Shown here one piece after another: positions 13,591 to 27,513 of a stretch of 64,000 nt of DNA; within the stretch, counting starts at the first letter, position 1; every line of letters starts with the position of its first letter. The notes under the pieces are model-generated. The model saw only the letters and a list, made by a program, of their open reading frames with translations. It searched no databases and was not told the DNA's origin. The position numbers and the translations under genes are program-made. Source of the DNA: Felis catus (taxonomy: Eukaryota); assembly GCF_018350175.1 (NCBI RefSeq), contig NC_058368.1, forward strand, positions 75,332,001 to 75,396,000. Reading direction: 5' to 3'.

Positions 13591-13674
13591 AGGAATTCTA
13601 TATCTTCTTCTCAATTTTGCTATGAACCTACACTTCTAAACAAATAGCCTATTTGTTAATGTAGATAGGCTCCT

Positions 13675-13890
13675 ACATAACCAGCATGTGACCATTACAA
13701 TTTGGACATTGACGTTGATAAAGCCTTGTCATCTAATGTATACATCCTATTCACGTTTGCCCAAGGTCCATCCTTGATTCATCCATAATCCAATCTGGAA
13801 TCACACATCACATTTAATTATCATGTTGAATCAGTCTTTTTCATTTTCTTACGTTGCAGAGTCCTGTAGTTTTCCAGAATGTTCCATGGC
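13675..13890 (-). mobile_element. Old L1 3' UTR (L1MC4/5-like), probably continuous with fragment at ~12050-12125
   Basis: ATCCAATCTGGAATCACACATCACATTTAATTATCATG; TAGTTTTCCAGAATGTTCC. Confidence 0.55.
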
Positions 13891-14019
13891 CTTGGGGTTG
13901 CTCTGTCCCAGTTCCACCCCCCACCCCCCCACATCCACCATTGGCTCTGACCAAGGCTAAGTGGAAGGAGGTAGGAGGAAGGAAGAGGAAGGAGAAAATT
14001 TTTTAATTATTTTATGTGT

Positions 14020-14130
14020 CTTATATTCTCACAAGAGCCCTGTAGGTGGGCAAAGGATATACTCTATCTTCATTGATGATACAAAAGTAAGGCTTTGAAA
14101 GGTTAACTGAGAAGCTGAAGGTAAATGGCA
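14020..14130 (-). mobile_element. MIR remnant
   Basis: ATTCTCACAAGAGCCCTGTAGGTGG...GTAAGGCTTTGAAAGGTTAACTGA. Confidence 0.6.
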
Positions 14131-15288
14131 ACTTTTAAAATTAATCTCTACAGTATTGCACAACAGAAAGCTAAGTTCTTGTAAGTTATATTCGGGAAGG
14201 CTAAAGGATAAATTTTGAAATGATCAAAGCAAATACAATTTCTAGAAGTGAAACAAGTACAGCCTAGTTTTAATTTCATTCAGAATACCTGTTCTGATTG
14301 CTATTTATCTGTCCATCTCTCTCTCTGTCTATCCATTTGTGCTTAGGCGTATATACACACATATATACAAATGTATATATGAAATATATGTATATATGCA
14401 CACATATGCAAATAACTATATATAGACAAGGATGAATACAGTAGGATGGTAAACGATAAATAAAATATGGATGGTCTTCTTTCACTAAGAGCTTCTATGT
14501 TACCCATGTGAGATGCAGCATAGCATTTGATAACCTAGATTTTTTTCTTTCCTTTTCTTTTTTTTTTTTTTTTCTTGTGAGAAGAAAATACTCCGGCAGC
14601 ACTTTGAAAAGGGGCGGTGGGTGGAGAGGAAGGAAAACGTGGAGGTGGGAGTACCATAGCAATTCATCAGGAGATATCATTTCCAGAAAATATTGAGGTA
14701 TGCAGCTGTCGTTAGACGCGGTCTTTTCTTACATGGGCTGGGATTTAATGAAATGTGCTGCCGAAGCAACTTTGGCTGTGTTTACGAAAAATACCGCATA
14801 AAGAGTGGTCATCTCAGACACAATGGTAGCAAGCACATGGAAACAAGCAATAGAGAAATTGCTCTCAGAGAAGGAATAGCTGAGATTGTCTCTCCCTCAT
14901 TAGAGCGGGACATTTAATGGAGGAGGTGATATTTACATGGCCTACACTCAAGTGCAGAGAGGAGAAAAAAAAAAAAAAGGTTTTCTAATGTTCTGGGCTG
15001 GGATGCTTCCGACACTTTTTATCCAGTCCTTCATACGGTGTTTTCTTGAGCATAAATGAAATACTGAGGAGTGATTTGTTTTATTTAGATACATTTTGCT
15101 TTGCAAAGAAACATATTTGACCCTTATAAAACATTTTAACCAATTTATTTTCTTTTTTTTAGTGTTCATCAAGAGATTTATGAAAAGGCATGGGCACTAC
15201 AGATCTATGGTAACTAAATTAAGTTTTATTGAATGTAAGTTACCGATATACATGCATGCTCGCAGAAAACAGGACTTCCTTACACTTG

Positions 15289-15452
15289 CAGTGTTCGTCA
15301 AACTTTTGTGTCTATGAATCATTTGGGCATCTTATTAAAATGCAGGTATAACTTCAGTCGATTTGGGGTGGATCCTGAGTTTCTGTATTTCTAAGAAACT
15401 CCCAGGTGTTATAAATGGTACAGAACTTGAAACCACATTTTGGGTAGGAAGG
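15289..15452. mobile_element. MER5-family MITE
   Basis: CAGTGTTCGTCAAACTTT...GAATCATTTGGGCATCTTATTAAAATGCAG...TGTATTTCTAAGAAACTCCCAGGTG...CCACATTTTG. Confidence 0.85.
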
Positions 15453-16989
15453 AAACAGAGAACAGGTAGAAATACAATACTTCTGTTTTGGTTTTCACTT
15501 ACTTAAAAATGAAAAAAAAAAAACTACCATATTTAATTCCTATACATACTAGAAATATACCTTCAAACACCCTCTGTTTTTCCTTTTCTGTCTTTGAATT
15601 AGTTTTACTGTTGTAATATCTAAAAAGACTTCCTTTTTTTCTGTTTTCTAGTATTAAATACATAGTCTTCTGGCTTGAACAATACATGGTAAAAAATAGG
15701 TGAGACTGCTTTTCTCACAGAAACCTACTCTGCATTCGAGAAAGCGCAGACATTGAAAACAACTTTTTCTTCAAATATTTTTTCTATGAAAGAATATTGT
15801 CTACGGGCATCCTTGTTGTTAGTGATTGTCTAACTATAGATATCTGCACCCATTGTGAAAGATGTGGCAGATCTTATCAAGGATGAAGTGGGAAATACAC
15901 AACTAATATAGCGGAAAAACCATGTTTCCCCCAAGTATCTATCAACTTGAAGAGAAGTCAGTAAAATTCTCTTGAATATTAGAGCTGGGAGTGGAACAAT
16001 ATACTTTGGGAACAATAGAAAAATGAAGGCCACCGTATATGCCTGACGATTGTTGATACCTTAAGCAAAGATAATCTGACACATACCACAGATGAGCTCA
16101 TTATGCTGTACAACATCGAGGAAGTCCCCGTGAATTCTACCTTAGAATTATAACTATATATTTTGCTCTCACCATTTTTAAGTTCACTGCCCATATTCAG
16201 TATTACCTAAGACACATGATTAAAGCAAGAGATTATTAGGGAGCAGGGAGACTTCTGTTAAGGATCTTCCAAAGACAAATCTGTCCATGGAATTTTCTCT
16301 ATGCTGTGTAAGCATCTACAGAGAGGGAATCTTGAATCAGACCTCCCAGGAGCCAGAGTGACCGTGTGCTGTCTGTCCCCCAGCTGTGGTTATAACAGAC
16401 CTATGATTTGATTTATGAAGTTTCTTTTCTTAACGCACTTAAGCACATTCAAGTCTTCCAGAAGTTTCTGACTTCCAGGGAGAGAGTGGAGCAGAAAATC
16501 TCGGCTAAGGCCGCAGGCGAATTCTGCATGAGCGTAGGTGAAGCTCAGCCATGGTTATTCAGCAGGAAAACCCAACCAAAGAAAAGGACCAAGAGGGAAT
16601 GGGAAGTAACAGAGAGGGATCTGCATCAATCAAGTCTTGAGGGAGGAAAATTAAAAATTTAAGAAGACAGGAGGGAAGATGAAGGGCCTAGGCCACTACA
16701 TGAACCTGGTGTTCTTTCTGCCCAGCATCTGTCAAACCCCCTAAAATAAATTCACAGAAAAATAGTGGGAAAAATCACAGAAGACAGCAGTAGACGAAAA
16801 CTATCTACATTTTGTATAAAAACCAGCAAACTATCCAAATACCACATCGCGAACTACATTAAAGACCTCAAATGTTGAAGCCGTTTGCTGTTCAAACCAA
16901 GAACAAGCCTGGGGCACTCACTATTATTTCTATAATTTATCATTTTGGAGGCTGTAGCTAATGTGAAATTCTTTAAGACATGAAAAAAA

Positions 16990-17172
16990 GGGAGCTTGGG
17001 TGGCTCAATCAGGTAAGCATCTGACTCTTGATTGTAGTTCAGGTCATGATCTCATGGTTTTGAGATCAAGCCCCACCTAAGGCTCCGTGCGGGGAGTAGG
17101 ACCTACTTAAGATTCTCCCTCTGCCCCTCTCCTGCTCGGGTTCTCTTATTCTCTTCTCTTAAAAAAAAAAAA
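16990..17172 (+). mobile_element. Older Can-SINE (first of tandem pair)
   Basis: GGGAGCTTGGGTGGCTCAATC head, A-tail. Confidence 0.88.
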
Positions 17173-17183
17173 GATTTACTTTT

Positions 17184-17401
17184 GAGGAACCAGGGGGGTT
17201 CAGTCAGTGAAGGGTTAAACTGTTGATTTAGGCTCAGGTTATGGTCTCATGGTTCCTGAGTTCAAGCCCCTCACTGAGCTCTGTGCTGACAGCTGGTAGC
17301 CTGTTTGGGATTCTCTTTCCCTCTCTCTCTGCCCCTCCCCTGCTCACACGCATGCGCTCTCTCTTCCAAAATAAATAAACAAACATTTAAAAAAAAAAAA
17401 A
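17184..17401 (+). mobile_element. Older Can-SINE (second of tandem pair)
   Basis: Degenerate head, CT-rich body, AATAAA and A-tail. Confidence 0.88.
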
Positions 17402-17980
17402 GGAAATGAAAACAGAACAACAAGGATTGGAAATGAAAACGAAAATCATCTGTATTTACAATTGGTAGGATTTTGTGCCTAGAAAGGCGAAAGAAATCTC
17501 AAACCGAATTCAGAATCTTAAGCCACTAATCGCACTTTTAGAAATTGAGCCTACAGAAATGACAAGCTGTTGTAAGAAATGATATAATGTATTGCCAAGT
17601 AAGAGCAAGTCGAAGACTAAATTGTGTAAGACAACCCTGCTTATTAGTAGTAAATAAAACCAAAAGTTACAGCAAATCCTGGGCAGGTGTATACACGTTC
17701 GTTAACATATCTCTGCAGAATAATGAAATCCGAATGAAAGCACACCACACCTATCTTTAATATTAGCACGATGGGGTGGATATAAAGTGGCAAATGTGAG
17801 GGGAGCTCATTAGTTTTTTATTAATAGTAGTTGTAAACATTCGTGTTGCCATGTATTATTAATATGATAATATGCACGGACACTATCAATTAATAATTGT
17901 GAACGTATTAATCCTAATTATAACACTGACATTAATTATAAATGCTTAATAGAGGTAAGAGCATTTAGCATGAGACTCTC

Positions 17981-18202
17981 TTTTTTTTTTAATTTTTTTA
18001 ACATTTATTTATTATTGAGAGACAGAGAGATAGAGCATGAGAAGGGGAGGGGCCAAGAGACGGGGAGACACAAAATCCCAAGCAGGCTCCAGGCTCTGAG
18101 CTGTCAGCACAGACCGTGATGCAGGGCTCGAACTCACAAACCCGGAGATCGTGACCTGAGGCGGAGTCTGCCGCTCGACCTTCGGAGCCACCCCGGCGCC
18201 CC
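17981..18202 (-). mobile_element. Felid Can-SINE inserted in an antisense L1MA9/L1MB-like 3' end (~17950-18320)
   Basis: Full antisense SINE, TSD TGAGACT; flanks join into the L1 3' terminus (TCTCTTAACAAATTT...ATGTTGTACAGCAGATTTCAGAACTTATTCA). Confidence 0.92.
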
Positions 18203-20821
18203 TGAGACTTATTCTCTTAACAAATTTTTGTAAAATATACAGTGTGGCTCACCGTAGGCACAATGTTGTACAGCAGATTTCAGAACTTATTCAACGTGCA
18301 TAACGAAACTTTAAGCCTGTAATTATTAATTATGGTTTTTTTTTCTTATGCACATATTACTTTTCTTAAGTACTACTTTTCTACTTAGTTCTTAAGAAGG
18401 AAACAAATTCTTGGAAGAGTTAAAGGTTGGTGTAAACAAGTAGCAATAAAGGGATTATAATACTTTCAATTCATGTAATACGATTCCCTGTCATTTCCCA
18501 GGTATTATTTCATTAACATTTAATTGAATTATAGCATCCTTTCATGCAATTAGAAACCAGAAAAGCACTGTAATTGTAAAGTCAGCTGTGCTGACAGCAT
18601 TGCCACTGGGGGCAAAAGTGAATAGAATATACCAGATAGAGTCTAGCAAACCTCATGGCCTCAACTTTTGCAGTGAGCTAGCTGCATGCAAGGGCATTTC
18701 ATTGGTTCCTGTTTCATCACCCTGGAAATAAAAAAAAAAAAATGACCTTAGAAGCTAAAACTCACTTTGCAGAAGTGGCTACCTCTGAAATTCATAGCTA
18801 TGATACATGACTAAGGCTTATCTGGTGCATTATGACGTTTTTACTTTGCTTTAGACATCAGTATGCGCGGCACTTAAAAAAAAATCGGGTAAATTTCATG
18901 CGAGTTAACACTTTGCACAGTGATAGGAAGACCCTAGATCAAATATAAAAATTGTATAGCAGAAAAAAAAAACATGAAGGAGTTAAAGTCTGAACGTGTT
19001 TATACTCATCCTTCCTTTCTGAGTTCCCAAGAGAGCAAAAGTAGTATTAGAAAATAAATAGACCCTTGAAAAGATGACTTCAGCCATCGACTGGTTTTAT
19101 AAGATATACAAAGTAATTGCAAGGTAATTTTCATACTGACATTAACATGAGTAGACTGTAAGTAGGTTTAAAAATTCAACTCAATTTCAAGCATCCTTTC
19201 TCAATTTGTTGTTGAGCCAAACAGAAATCATATCAAAATTGCACGCTTTTCTCAACATACTTATTATTTATTAAAAACAATACATTGAGATTTGCCCAAA
19301 AGATGAGACAAAGCAAGTCATTCAAAAGCTTGTAGATTTGCAAGAGGAATCTGCCATTCAGCTCTGCTTCTAAACTAGAAAGCATTTAGGCAAATACAAG
19401 GAACAGAAATGGATGTTTTTTTCATAGAAATAATTTCCTCAGGCTATAAAATTGCAAATTGCTTTGAACTGCCTTTTATATTCAGTAGGGATAATCAAAA
19501 TAATATTGCCTGAACTGTGTTGTCATCCCCAAAGCATGCTCTTTAATAATAATACTTTTGTGCTTTATAGAATTTTTAATCCCAAGTATTCATGATCGTT
19601 AAACATTCACCCGTCTTGAAAGAATTGGCAAAATACGTAGGTGACAGATACCATTTTTAATTTAAGAAACAAACCCTAAGAAACAACGAAAACCAAGCAA
19701 ATGAAATATTTTTATGTTGATTTCATAGCTCAAATCAGCTTGATTTCTCACCCAAGCTTGAGAGGACTACTAGCCAGCCTGTGCAGGTAGTTCTGTCATT
19801 CAAGGAAGGCCTTAACAGTCCAAGATTCAAGTATTGGCAAACGGAGTGGAAGGTGGAGAATTATAGCACCATTTAAGAGACAAAACACACAAAACTTCAC
19901 AGTCCACTGAAGAGCCAGATAAGCCACGAGAATGCATCAAGACGTAAGTTGAGTTTCTTCCCACCTAGCTTCTTACCTTGCCTTCTCACTGATGCAGGCT
20001 TATTTAGGGCAGTGGTAAAATTACCTCCACGAGTTCTTGGGGCCTTCCCTTTCTAATCCCCACAGCCCCTAGGGAATTATTAAACCTCTCTCGGGGGTTT
20101 TACTCGAACTGATTAAGAGACAACTTAATAAAACTCATGTTGGTGATTTAGGCAGCTCACCATCGTCTTAGACCCTCTATGACACTGTGGTCCACTTTCA
20201 ATTCTCCAAGAGATAAATTCCCTTTGGGAATTGGGTTTCTTTCTTGTTTCCTTGTGACAGAAATACAAATTGGATAGTCATAGCTCTGAACTACTCTGGC
20301 TTTCTCTTAGAAGTCCTGATTCTAATTGTAGCCTAAGACAAAGGTTCAAATATATTTTCAAACTTCCCTGACAATGCATCTTATTATGAGACGGGATATC
20401 TGCACATGTTGCTTATAAATAAAATGTCCACTGTAACTGAAGGCATATGCCATGTCCACTAATTGGAAAAACTAAAATTATAAATATATATATTCTCCCC
20501 CAATATATCCTTAGATTCTATGTGATCTTAAAATCCCAAAAGAAAATTTATTTTTGATGGAACTCAACAAAGGAATTCTAAAATTTGTGCAGACTCTAAG
20601 ACAATCTTGGGAAAGAAAATAATAAGAAGGCTTACTCTACTGGATGCCATGACTTATTGTAAAGCTATAGTGATTAGGGGCAAGATGTGGTATCAATCCA
20701 ATAATAAATTAATTAACTAATTAAATGATATAATTGGGAGCCCCAAAGCAGATATCTTATGTAGAAATTTGATTTGGAATGAGGTTCTCATTGAAGACCA
20801 GTGGAAAAAGGAAAGTATTTT

Positions 20822-21032
20822 TTTAATTTTTTTTTAATGTTTATTCATTTTTGAAAGAGACAGAGCACAAGCAGGGGTGGGGTGGAGAGAGAGGGGGACA
20901 CAGAATCTGAAGCAGGCTCTGGGCTCTGAGCTGTCGGCACAGAGCCCGACGTGGGGCTCGAACTCCTGAACCGCGAGGTCATGACCTGAGCCAAAGTCGG
21001 ATGCTCAACCGACTGAGCCACCCAGGCGCCCC
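20822..21032 (-). mobile_element. Felid Can-SINE
   Basis: TSD AAGGAA(A/G)GTATTTT at 20808-20821 and 21033-21046. Confidence 0.95.
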
Positions 21033-22024
21033 AAGGAAGGTATTTTCAGTAAATGAATCTGGGGCCACCCAGTATGCATAGGTTCAGAAAAAGTGATCTT
21101 TGCCTTACTTCTCATCATATACAAAAATAAATTCGAGACATAAATGTGAAAGGGAAAACAATAAAATTTTTAGTAAGTCATTTAGGAAAATATCTACACA
21201 ATCTCAAGATAAGGAAAATTGTCTTCAATAGGATACAAAAGCTCTGCCACAGGGGAAATTAATGATATATTTTATTACATTTAAATTAGGAACATCTGTT
21301 CATCTAAAGACACCACCTTTGTTATTGATTTTAAAAATGCACAATATGGAAGGCCTTTGTAATACATATACCGAGTAAGAGGTCTCTGTGATACAAATAA
21401 TCAAAAAGGGATCTAAAAACCTAAACACTTATAGAAAGATAAGAAAAAATCCTACAAATTAATAAGAAAATGCTTGAGAACCAGTGGAAAACTGAGGAAG
21501 AGACCGTATCAGGAAACTCATAACAGATTAATTGATTTCAAATGGCTACTAAGCCCAGGAAGCAATAATTTATTTACTGCTTTGGTTGTCAGGGAAACAT
21601 AAATTAAAAGCACAGGCAGATACTAACACTGACCCACCAGAAAGCTTTAATTCCAACTATTAAGCCTTATGTATGAAAGCTGGAGATACGTACAACTATG
21701 ACCCAGTATGCTACGTGATAGTATTGACCTGAGAAATGCAGGCTCGTAGGTACCAGGAAAACATATAAAAAAACACCAGATCAGTGTCATTCACAATATC
21801 CAAAAGGAAAGAAACATGTAGATGATTTGGCAAATAAAGTATGGCATATTCATGTAATGGTATAACATACGGCAATTAAAATAGCCCAATGTATCATAGA
21901 CATATGTATGATACGTATATCATAGAAGTATATTTCTATGTATCGATCTATCTACCTTTCTCTCTATCAAACTTTTTTGACTAGACAAGAGTACATGCTT
22001 CAAGGTTACTTTTAAAAAATGCTT

Positions 22025-22235
22025 AGGGCACCTGAGTTGCTTAGTCAGTTAAGCCACTGACTACGGCTCAGGTCACGATCTCACGGTTCATGGGTTCGAG
22101 CCCCGCGTCGGGCTCTGTGCCGACAGCTCGGAGCCTGGAGCCTGCTTCAGACTCTGTGCCTCCCTGTCTCTCTGCCTCTCCCCTGCTCGTGCTCTCTCTC
22201 TCTTTCTCAAACATAAATAAACATTAAAAAATTGA
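22025..22235 (+). mobile_element. Felid Can-SINE
   Basis: Head, body and tail all recognisable. Confidence 0.94.
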
Positions 22236-23751
22236 AAATACTAAAACATTGCAAAACAAAACTACTGTTTATAGTAATACAAACCAGGCAGGGATCATCC
22301 TGCCAATTAGAATAAAAGGCAGTTGGCTGTTGATTGGGAAGATGCTTCACGAGCTTCAAGAAGGCTGTCAAAGTTCTCGTTCTTGAACCGCATCATAAAA
22401 AAAAATGTTTGCCTATGTCTCCAAAGCTTTAAAATTAACAATATAAATAATACTTACAGTAACTCAAAAGAAAATATATTTCTGATTTTGAAAATAATGA
22501 TATTTACTACACATAAGAGTAAAATTCCATTGATAATGCACCTGTAATGAGACCTGTTTTGCATTCTAATAACTAATATACCCTCTTTTCATATTAGTTG
22601 CTGCTAGACTAAGATCAATTTCAGCAGAAATTAACAGCAAAGAAAAGAGGAGGCCACTCATAAGTGAAGTACACTAGGAAATGTGGAGCTTACAAAAAAG
22701 GCCTGTTAATGATTGGTATTATGTCCATTATTGACAGTAGCATCCTCAACAAAATTAGGATCTTCTAAAGCTGATAAATACATGCAAAGAATGAAGCAAG
22801 GAGTAGGGAAGTGATTGGGAAGTCATAGCAAGGAGGACAGATGCACTCACGTTAACAAAAGAGCATCAATTAGTAATTTTAGCAAAAGTTAAAGACATTC
22901 ATCTTTTTTGCTTTTTCCGAGTAAATTTCGGGAAGACGTAAAACATATCCAATACATCTGAAGTTAGAGTTTCCCAGAATTGGCTAAAAGACTCTGTTTC
23001 AAATACAACACTTTCACGGAAAAGGTGTTAGAGAAAACCCTAAACCCCCAACAAGTGTGTAGGATGCCTGCTTAAAGAAAAATCACCCAGTATTCCGGTA
23101 TTTCTAGTTGCCCTGTATTTGGTTATTTTTACACCTTGCTGCAATGCATCATAAGATACTTCAGCATGAGTGTTCGGTTTTCTTTTCTCAGGTGAGAAAA
23201 GAGTGATTTAGAAGGAAGAGATTGGGGGTGGCGGTGAAATCTTCCTCTCGCCTCAACTGTAGGAAATCTCTGGATAACCAATTTTAGGAAAGAGTGTATT
23301 TGGAAGTCGCTGATCTATAAATGGATTCCCTGAAAACTACCTCATTTGTGAATCCCTTGGAAAATATTTGGGTACTTTCAGAACATGCGTGCTTTAAATT
23401 TTCAGGCCACTGTTCTCAGCCACGTCATGTCCTTTCGTGGCATCAAATAGCACTCTTGTAGACCACTGCACATTTTTTTTCGATGACAAAATACTTGCTA
23501 AACTTCTCCCATGTGCCATGCACCGTGCGAGGGACTGGGAAGCAAAAACATGCTAAGTCCTACTCACAAGAGTTCCTAATACAGATATGTCTATTTGAAT
23601 TCAGACATTATTTCTGATTCTGGCATTTATTTTCATTGCCTTTGCATGACTGAAATGTCTTTATTTCTCACTCACTCCTAAACGATAGCTTAATCTGGCG
23701 TCCGTTATCGTGGCTGTATGTTTCCTCAGCATTTTGAAGGCACTGTAACAT

Positions 23752-23968
23752 TATTATTTTTTTAATGTTTATTTATTTGTTTTGAGAGACAGAGTGTGTC
23801 GGTCAGCAGCAGAGGGGAGGGGCAGAGAGTGAGGGAGAGGCGAGCATTCTTAGCAGGCTCTGTGCTGTGAGCTTAGCGCCCCACGCAGGGCTCAATCTCA
23901 GGAACCCTGAGATCACAGGTGAGCGGAAGTCAAGAGTCAGATGCTGAACTGAGCCACCCAGGAGCCCT
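23752..23968 (-). mobile_element. Older Can-SINE
   Basis: TSD TGTAACAT at 23744-23751 and 23969-23976. Confidence 0.92.
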
Positions 23969-24269
23969 TGTAACATGATCTTTAACCTCCAGTCAGTTAA
24001 TAGGAAGCCTGCAGATAGTTTGATTGCCTCTTTTTCACAGGGAGCCCCCATTTTTCTCTGTGGATTGCTTTTACGTTTTTCTCTGCGTCATTTCTGTGGT
24101 TTCACCATAAACGGGCAATTGTTGGTTTTTTAAATTAGGTTTTATTTTCCTAGCAACTCAGTATGTCTGTTCCAGCTTCTGTTGCCACTTCTGGATGGCG
24201 TTCATCCGATGTATTCGGATCTCCTCATTTTGTTGCCTCTTATTCTCTTGAGTGCATAGTAACATCCCA

Positions 24270-24471
24270 TTTTAAATGTTTTCTTTTTTTTCCTTTTTTT
24301 TTCTTTTGGAGAGAAAGAGAGAGTGTGAGGGGAAGAGGTGCAGAGAGAGGATCCGAGGTGGGCTCCACAAAGACAGCAGAGAGCCCCTTGTGGGGCTTGA
24401 ACTCGTGAACTGTGAGATCATGACCTGAGCCAAAGTCAGACACTCACCCAACTGGGCCACCCAGGTGCCCC
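24270..24471 (-). mobile_element. Older Can-SINE
   Basis: Antisense body ending GCCACCCAGGTGCCCC. Confidence 0.9.
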
Positions 24472-25649
24472 AGGAACATCACGTTTTATCTTCTATGAGC
24501 TCTATCTGCCCCCTTAGATGTTGTATCTCTTTTTTTGTTCTATGCACTGCACGGGGGTGATTTCCTCAGATCCACATTTCATTTTGTTAATTTTCTCCCT
24601 GCATATCCATAAATGCATTCTCACCATTGAAATAAAACATTTATGACATAGAAGAATATGTTTTGAAATCGATCATACTTCGTCTGGTAAAACCCTCTAC
24701 TTTTTAAAAAGTTTTTGTATGAATCCTCCTCTATATATAAATTTCAAATTTCTACAAGGTAGTTATTATTTAATGCAAATTGACTTTCATATTTATATTT
24801 TCATGTTCTGAAAACAAGGAAGAAGTGTATTGCTGATAGATATGTGTTTTATAACAACTTGGTAATTTGAAATTCACATAAAGTATAATATATTTTTTAA
24901 TACATATCTAGTCTCCGTGAAATCTGATGCTACAGGTAAAAGAAAATAATTAAACCGAATAAAAGAGAAACATTAAAAATATTTAGAGCTCTGACTTTTA
25001 AATTACAAATCTCCCCCAGGATGTAAGCAGGAAAATTTCTGATTTTTAAATGCATGAGTAATGAAGTAAAACAGGGTGGTAGAGAGAAGCTCTTTCAACA
25101 AACTCCTGCAGGATAAAACATTTCTGTAACCAACTTGTATATATTTGAATTTTATACTTTACTTATTCAAATACATTTCTCATTTTTTTTTACAAAATCC
25201 CTAAATAGGCTTGATTATATTATTGAGAAAATAATATGTGCAATTTGATCCTTGTACTTGATCTGTGACATAGATGTACTTTATTATACTTTGTGCAATT
25301 AACACATAATGTAAGAAGCGAGTTAAGAGAATGATATGTCTCATTTCTAAATAAAAACACATACGGAAATTTGAAGGCAGTGAAGACCTCAAGAAAAAAT
25401 TATGTATTTATTAAATAGATTTAATCCACTTAAAATACTGAAATACAATGTGTGATAAAAATCAGGCATGGTCCCTGCTTTTGTGGAGTTTTAATTTATT
25501 AGAGGGACAGAGTAACAAACGACCGTGTAATTAAAATATATATCTATATCTATCTACATAGATATAGATAGATATAGATAGATATGGATACATAGATATA
25601 TAGATATATTTTTTTTATTGTAACAGTTTTTAAGAAAGGGAGGTTGATA

Positions 25650-25860
25650 GGTTACCTGGGTGACTCAGTCAGTTAAGTGTCCAACTTTTGGTTTCGGCTC
25701 AGGTAACGATCTCATGGTTTGTGAGTTTGAGCCCCACCCGGTTCTGTGTTGATGGTGTGGAGGCTGCTTGCAATTTTCTCTTTTCCTCTCTCTGCCCCTT
25801 CCCCCCTACCTCTTTCTCTCTCTCTTTCTCTAAATAAATAAATAAATAAATAAATAAATG
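25650..25860 (+). mobile_element. Can-SINE with (TAAA)n tail inside an antisense L2 remnant (~25400-26200)
   Basis: TSD AAGAAAGGGAGGTT at 25632-25645 and 25863-25876; L2-like CAGGCATGGTCCCTGCTTTTGTGGAGTTT upstream. Confidence 0.92.
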
Positions 25861-27513
25861 GAAAGAAAGGGAGGTTAAGGATCAGGGGGCAGTTGGTAGG
25901 ACCTAGGAAGGTTAGAAAGAGATTCTTCAGTAGCACTGAGTTGAGAAGGACAGGACAGGGCTGAAGTACACAAAGCACCAAGGAGTGGCTTCTCAGGGAT
26001 CAGAAGTGCTGATTCATATCTACGACAGCAAGAAACAAAGAGAGGTCAAGGCAGTGCATTCAGTTTGTGTCTGAAGCCCAGTGAAAATGGGGACGAGAAA
26101 TGAGACTGCAGAGATGAGATGGGCAGGCCATAGTTTAGGTGCTATTTCAACACTTGCCCGATATCCAAGTCAACAACTCTAAGGTGGCATTTCGAATTCA
26201 ATTGGATACATGGTATATTTTTAAAGGGGGTCCCTATTAAAACTTAAATATTTTTTCATTAACTTGAGATTTCAACATTAATCAGAGAATTTCTCCATTC
26301 TTGTGTATTCTGTCAACTACTGAAAGTATTTGTAGAGAAAAATGATTGTGGTTTTGTAAAGAACCTCAAGCGTGTCAACACACAGTAGCATTCTAATGGA
26401 AATGATTGTATTTCTATAACAATCTGTCTTCGCTAACAACTGTCCCAGGTGGGTAGCCCCAATCTGCTCCATATCCCACCCTCCTATTGATGTATATAGG
26501 TGTTCTTCCCATGAACCCCCTGGAGGCTTATGCCTGTCAGCCAGACTTTGGGCTCATAACTGTCTCGACGTGTTGTGGAAAGATGTCTACGCGGAAGAGC
26601 CTGACGGGCACAGAGAATGGTATTTAAACACAATGATAATTTCCTCTGTGTAGCTACTCAAGTGCCAAAACATCGGTGGAGAAGGAGGAAATTCTCTCTT
26701 CTGCCCCCAAGCAAGAGCTTGTACAGGGAGGCCCCGGGCTGAAGAGATAATGGGACACTGCCAGGTTCCAATTTTGTGAAGGCTGTTGTCTTTTTCTGGT
26801 AATGTCTCCATTTGAATAACAGTGAAGGCTCTTGAAATGGCCATATATTAGTCCCTCTCAGGCACTTTCCCCACACAACTTCCCACTTCAAAGAAAAGGC
26901 CCTTTTTATAGTTTCCCTGGTTTCTAGGACCTCATATTTATTTCTCCTCATGTGGTCCTCCATTATATCTTAATACAAACCCAATAATACGTGCACATGT
27001 ACACACACAAACACACACATGTGATTTTCCTTTGCCTGCCATCAGTGTATCTTGAAGAAACATTGTATTTAATGCCTAAATTATTTAGCAACCTACAAAC
27101 TAGTTTCCTTTACCTCAAGTTGGTGAGAGCTTAGTTTTCAAATAATTCACAGAAGCGAAGAAATTATTTTCTTCTGTCTAGGGGAAAATTCCTTTCTTCT
27201 TTTAACTGTTGGAATCCCTCGAATAGATCAAAACAGTGAAGGATGGGGTAGCAGGGGTGAGGATATAGAATGTAGTCAAGTGTTCATATTGAAACTGGTT
27301 GAATATTCATGTTTAACTCATTTTCCATAATCTATTTATTGGGGGGAATTTATGACTGGATAATAAGGATGCTTGTAATTTGATGGAACAGATATTTCTT
27401 GGCAGAAAAGCAAGTGATTTATCTGGAAAGTAAACATCTGTGCAGAAAATAAATTTGGGGGTAAGTTGATGAGGAAAATAACCTGTCACATATTTTGGCT
27501 TCTAATTTAGAGC

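Larger units (their letters stand above)
12130..13650 (+). mobile_element. L1MC1-like ORF2 end and 3' UTR, interrupted by two SINEs and a (TA)n tract
   Basis: GGAAGCAACCGAGATGTCCTTC; GAAAAAGGCAAAACTATGAAGAC; TTGTCCAAACCCATAGAAC; CTCAATTTTGCTATGAACCTA. Confidence 0.88.
16840..17510 (+). mobile_element. Ancient L1 ORF2 (RT region) remnant split by tandem SINEs
   Basis: Decayed DNA corresponding to the L1 motifs LKAFPL-GTRQG-LLFNIVLEVLA and IGKEE-LFADDMI-YLENP. Confidence 0.6.
20440..22450 (+). mobile_element. Ancient L1 (L1M/L1ME-like) ORF2 C-terminal part and 3' UTR
   Basis: ATTCTAAAATTTGTG; GACTTATTGTAAAGCTATAGTGATTA; CATATACAAAAATAAATTC; AACATCTGTTCATCTAAAGACACC. Confidence 0.8.
23620..24650 (-). 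mobile_element. Old L1/HAL1 ORF1-region remnant, interrupted by two SINEs
   Basis: GAAATGTCTTTATTTCTCACTCA...GATAGCTTA...CCTCAGCATTTTGAAGGCA...GAAGCCTGCAG, typical of antisense L1 ORF1 C-terminus. Confidence 0.6.

Noticed and set aside
15780..16200. Protein-looking fragments (IVKDVADLIKDEVG; LIMLYNIEEVPVN)
   Set aside because: Stops in all frames, no splice pair, no recognised family
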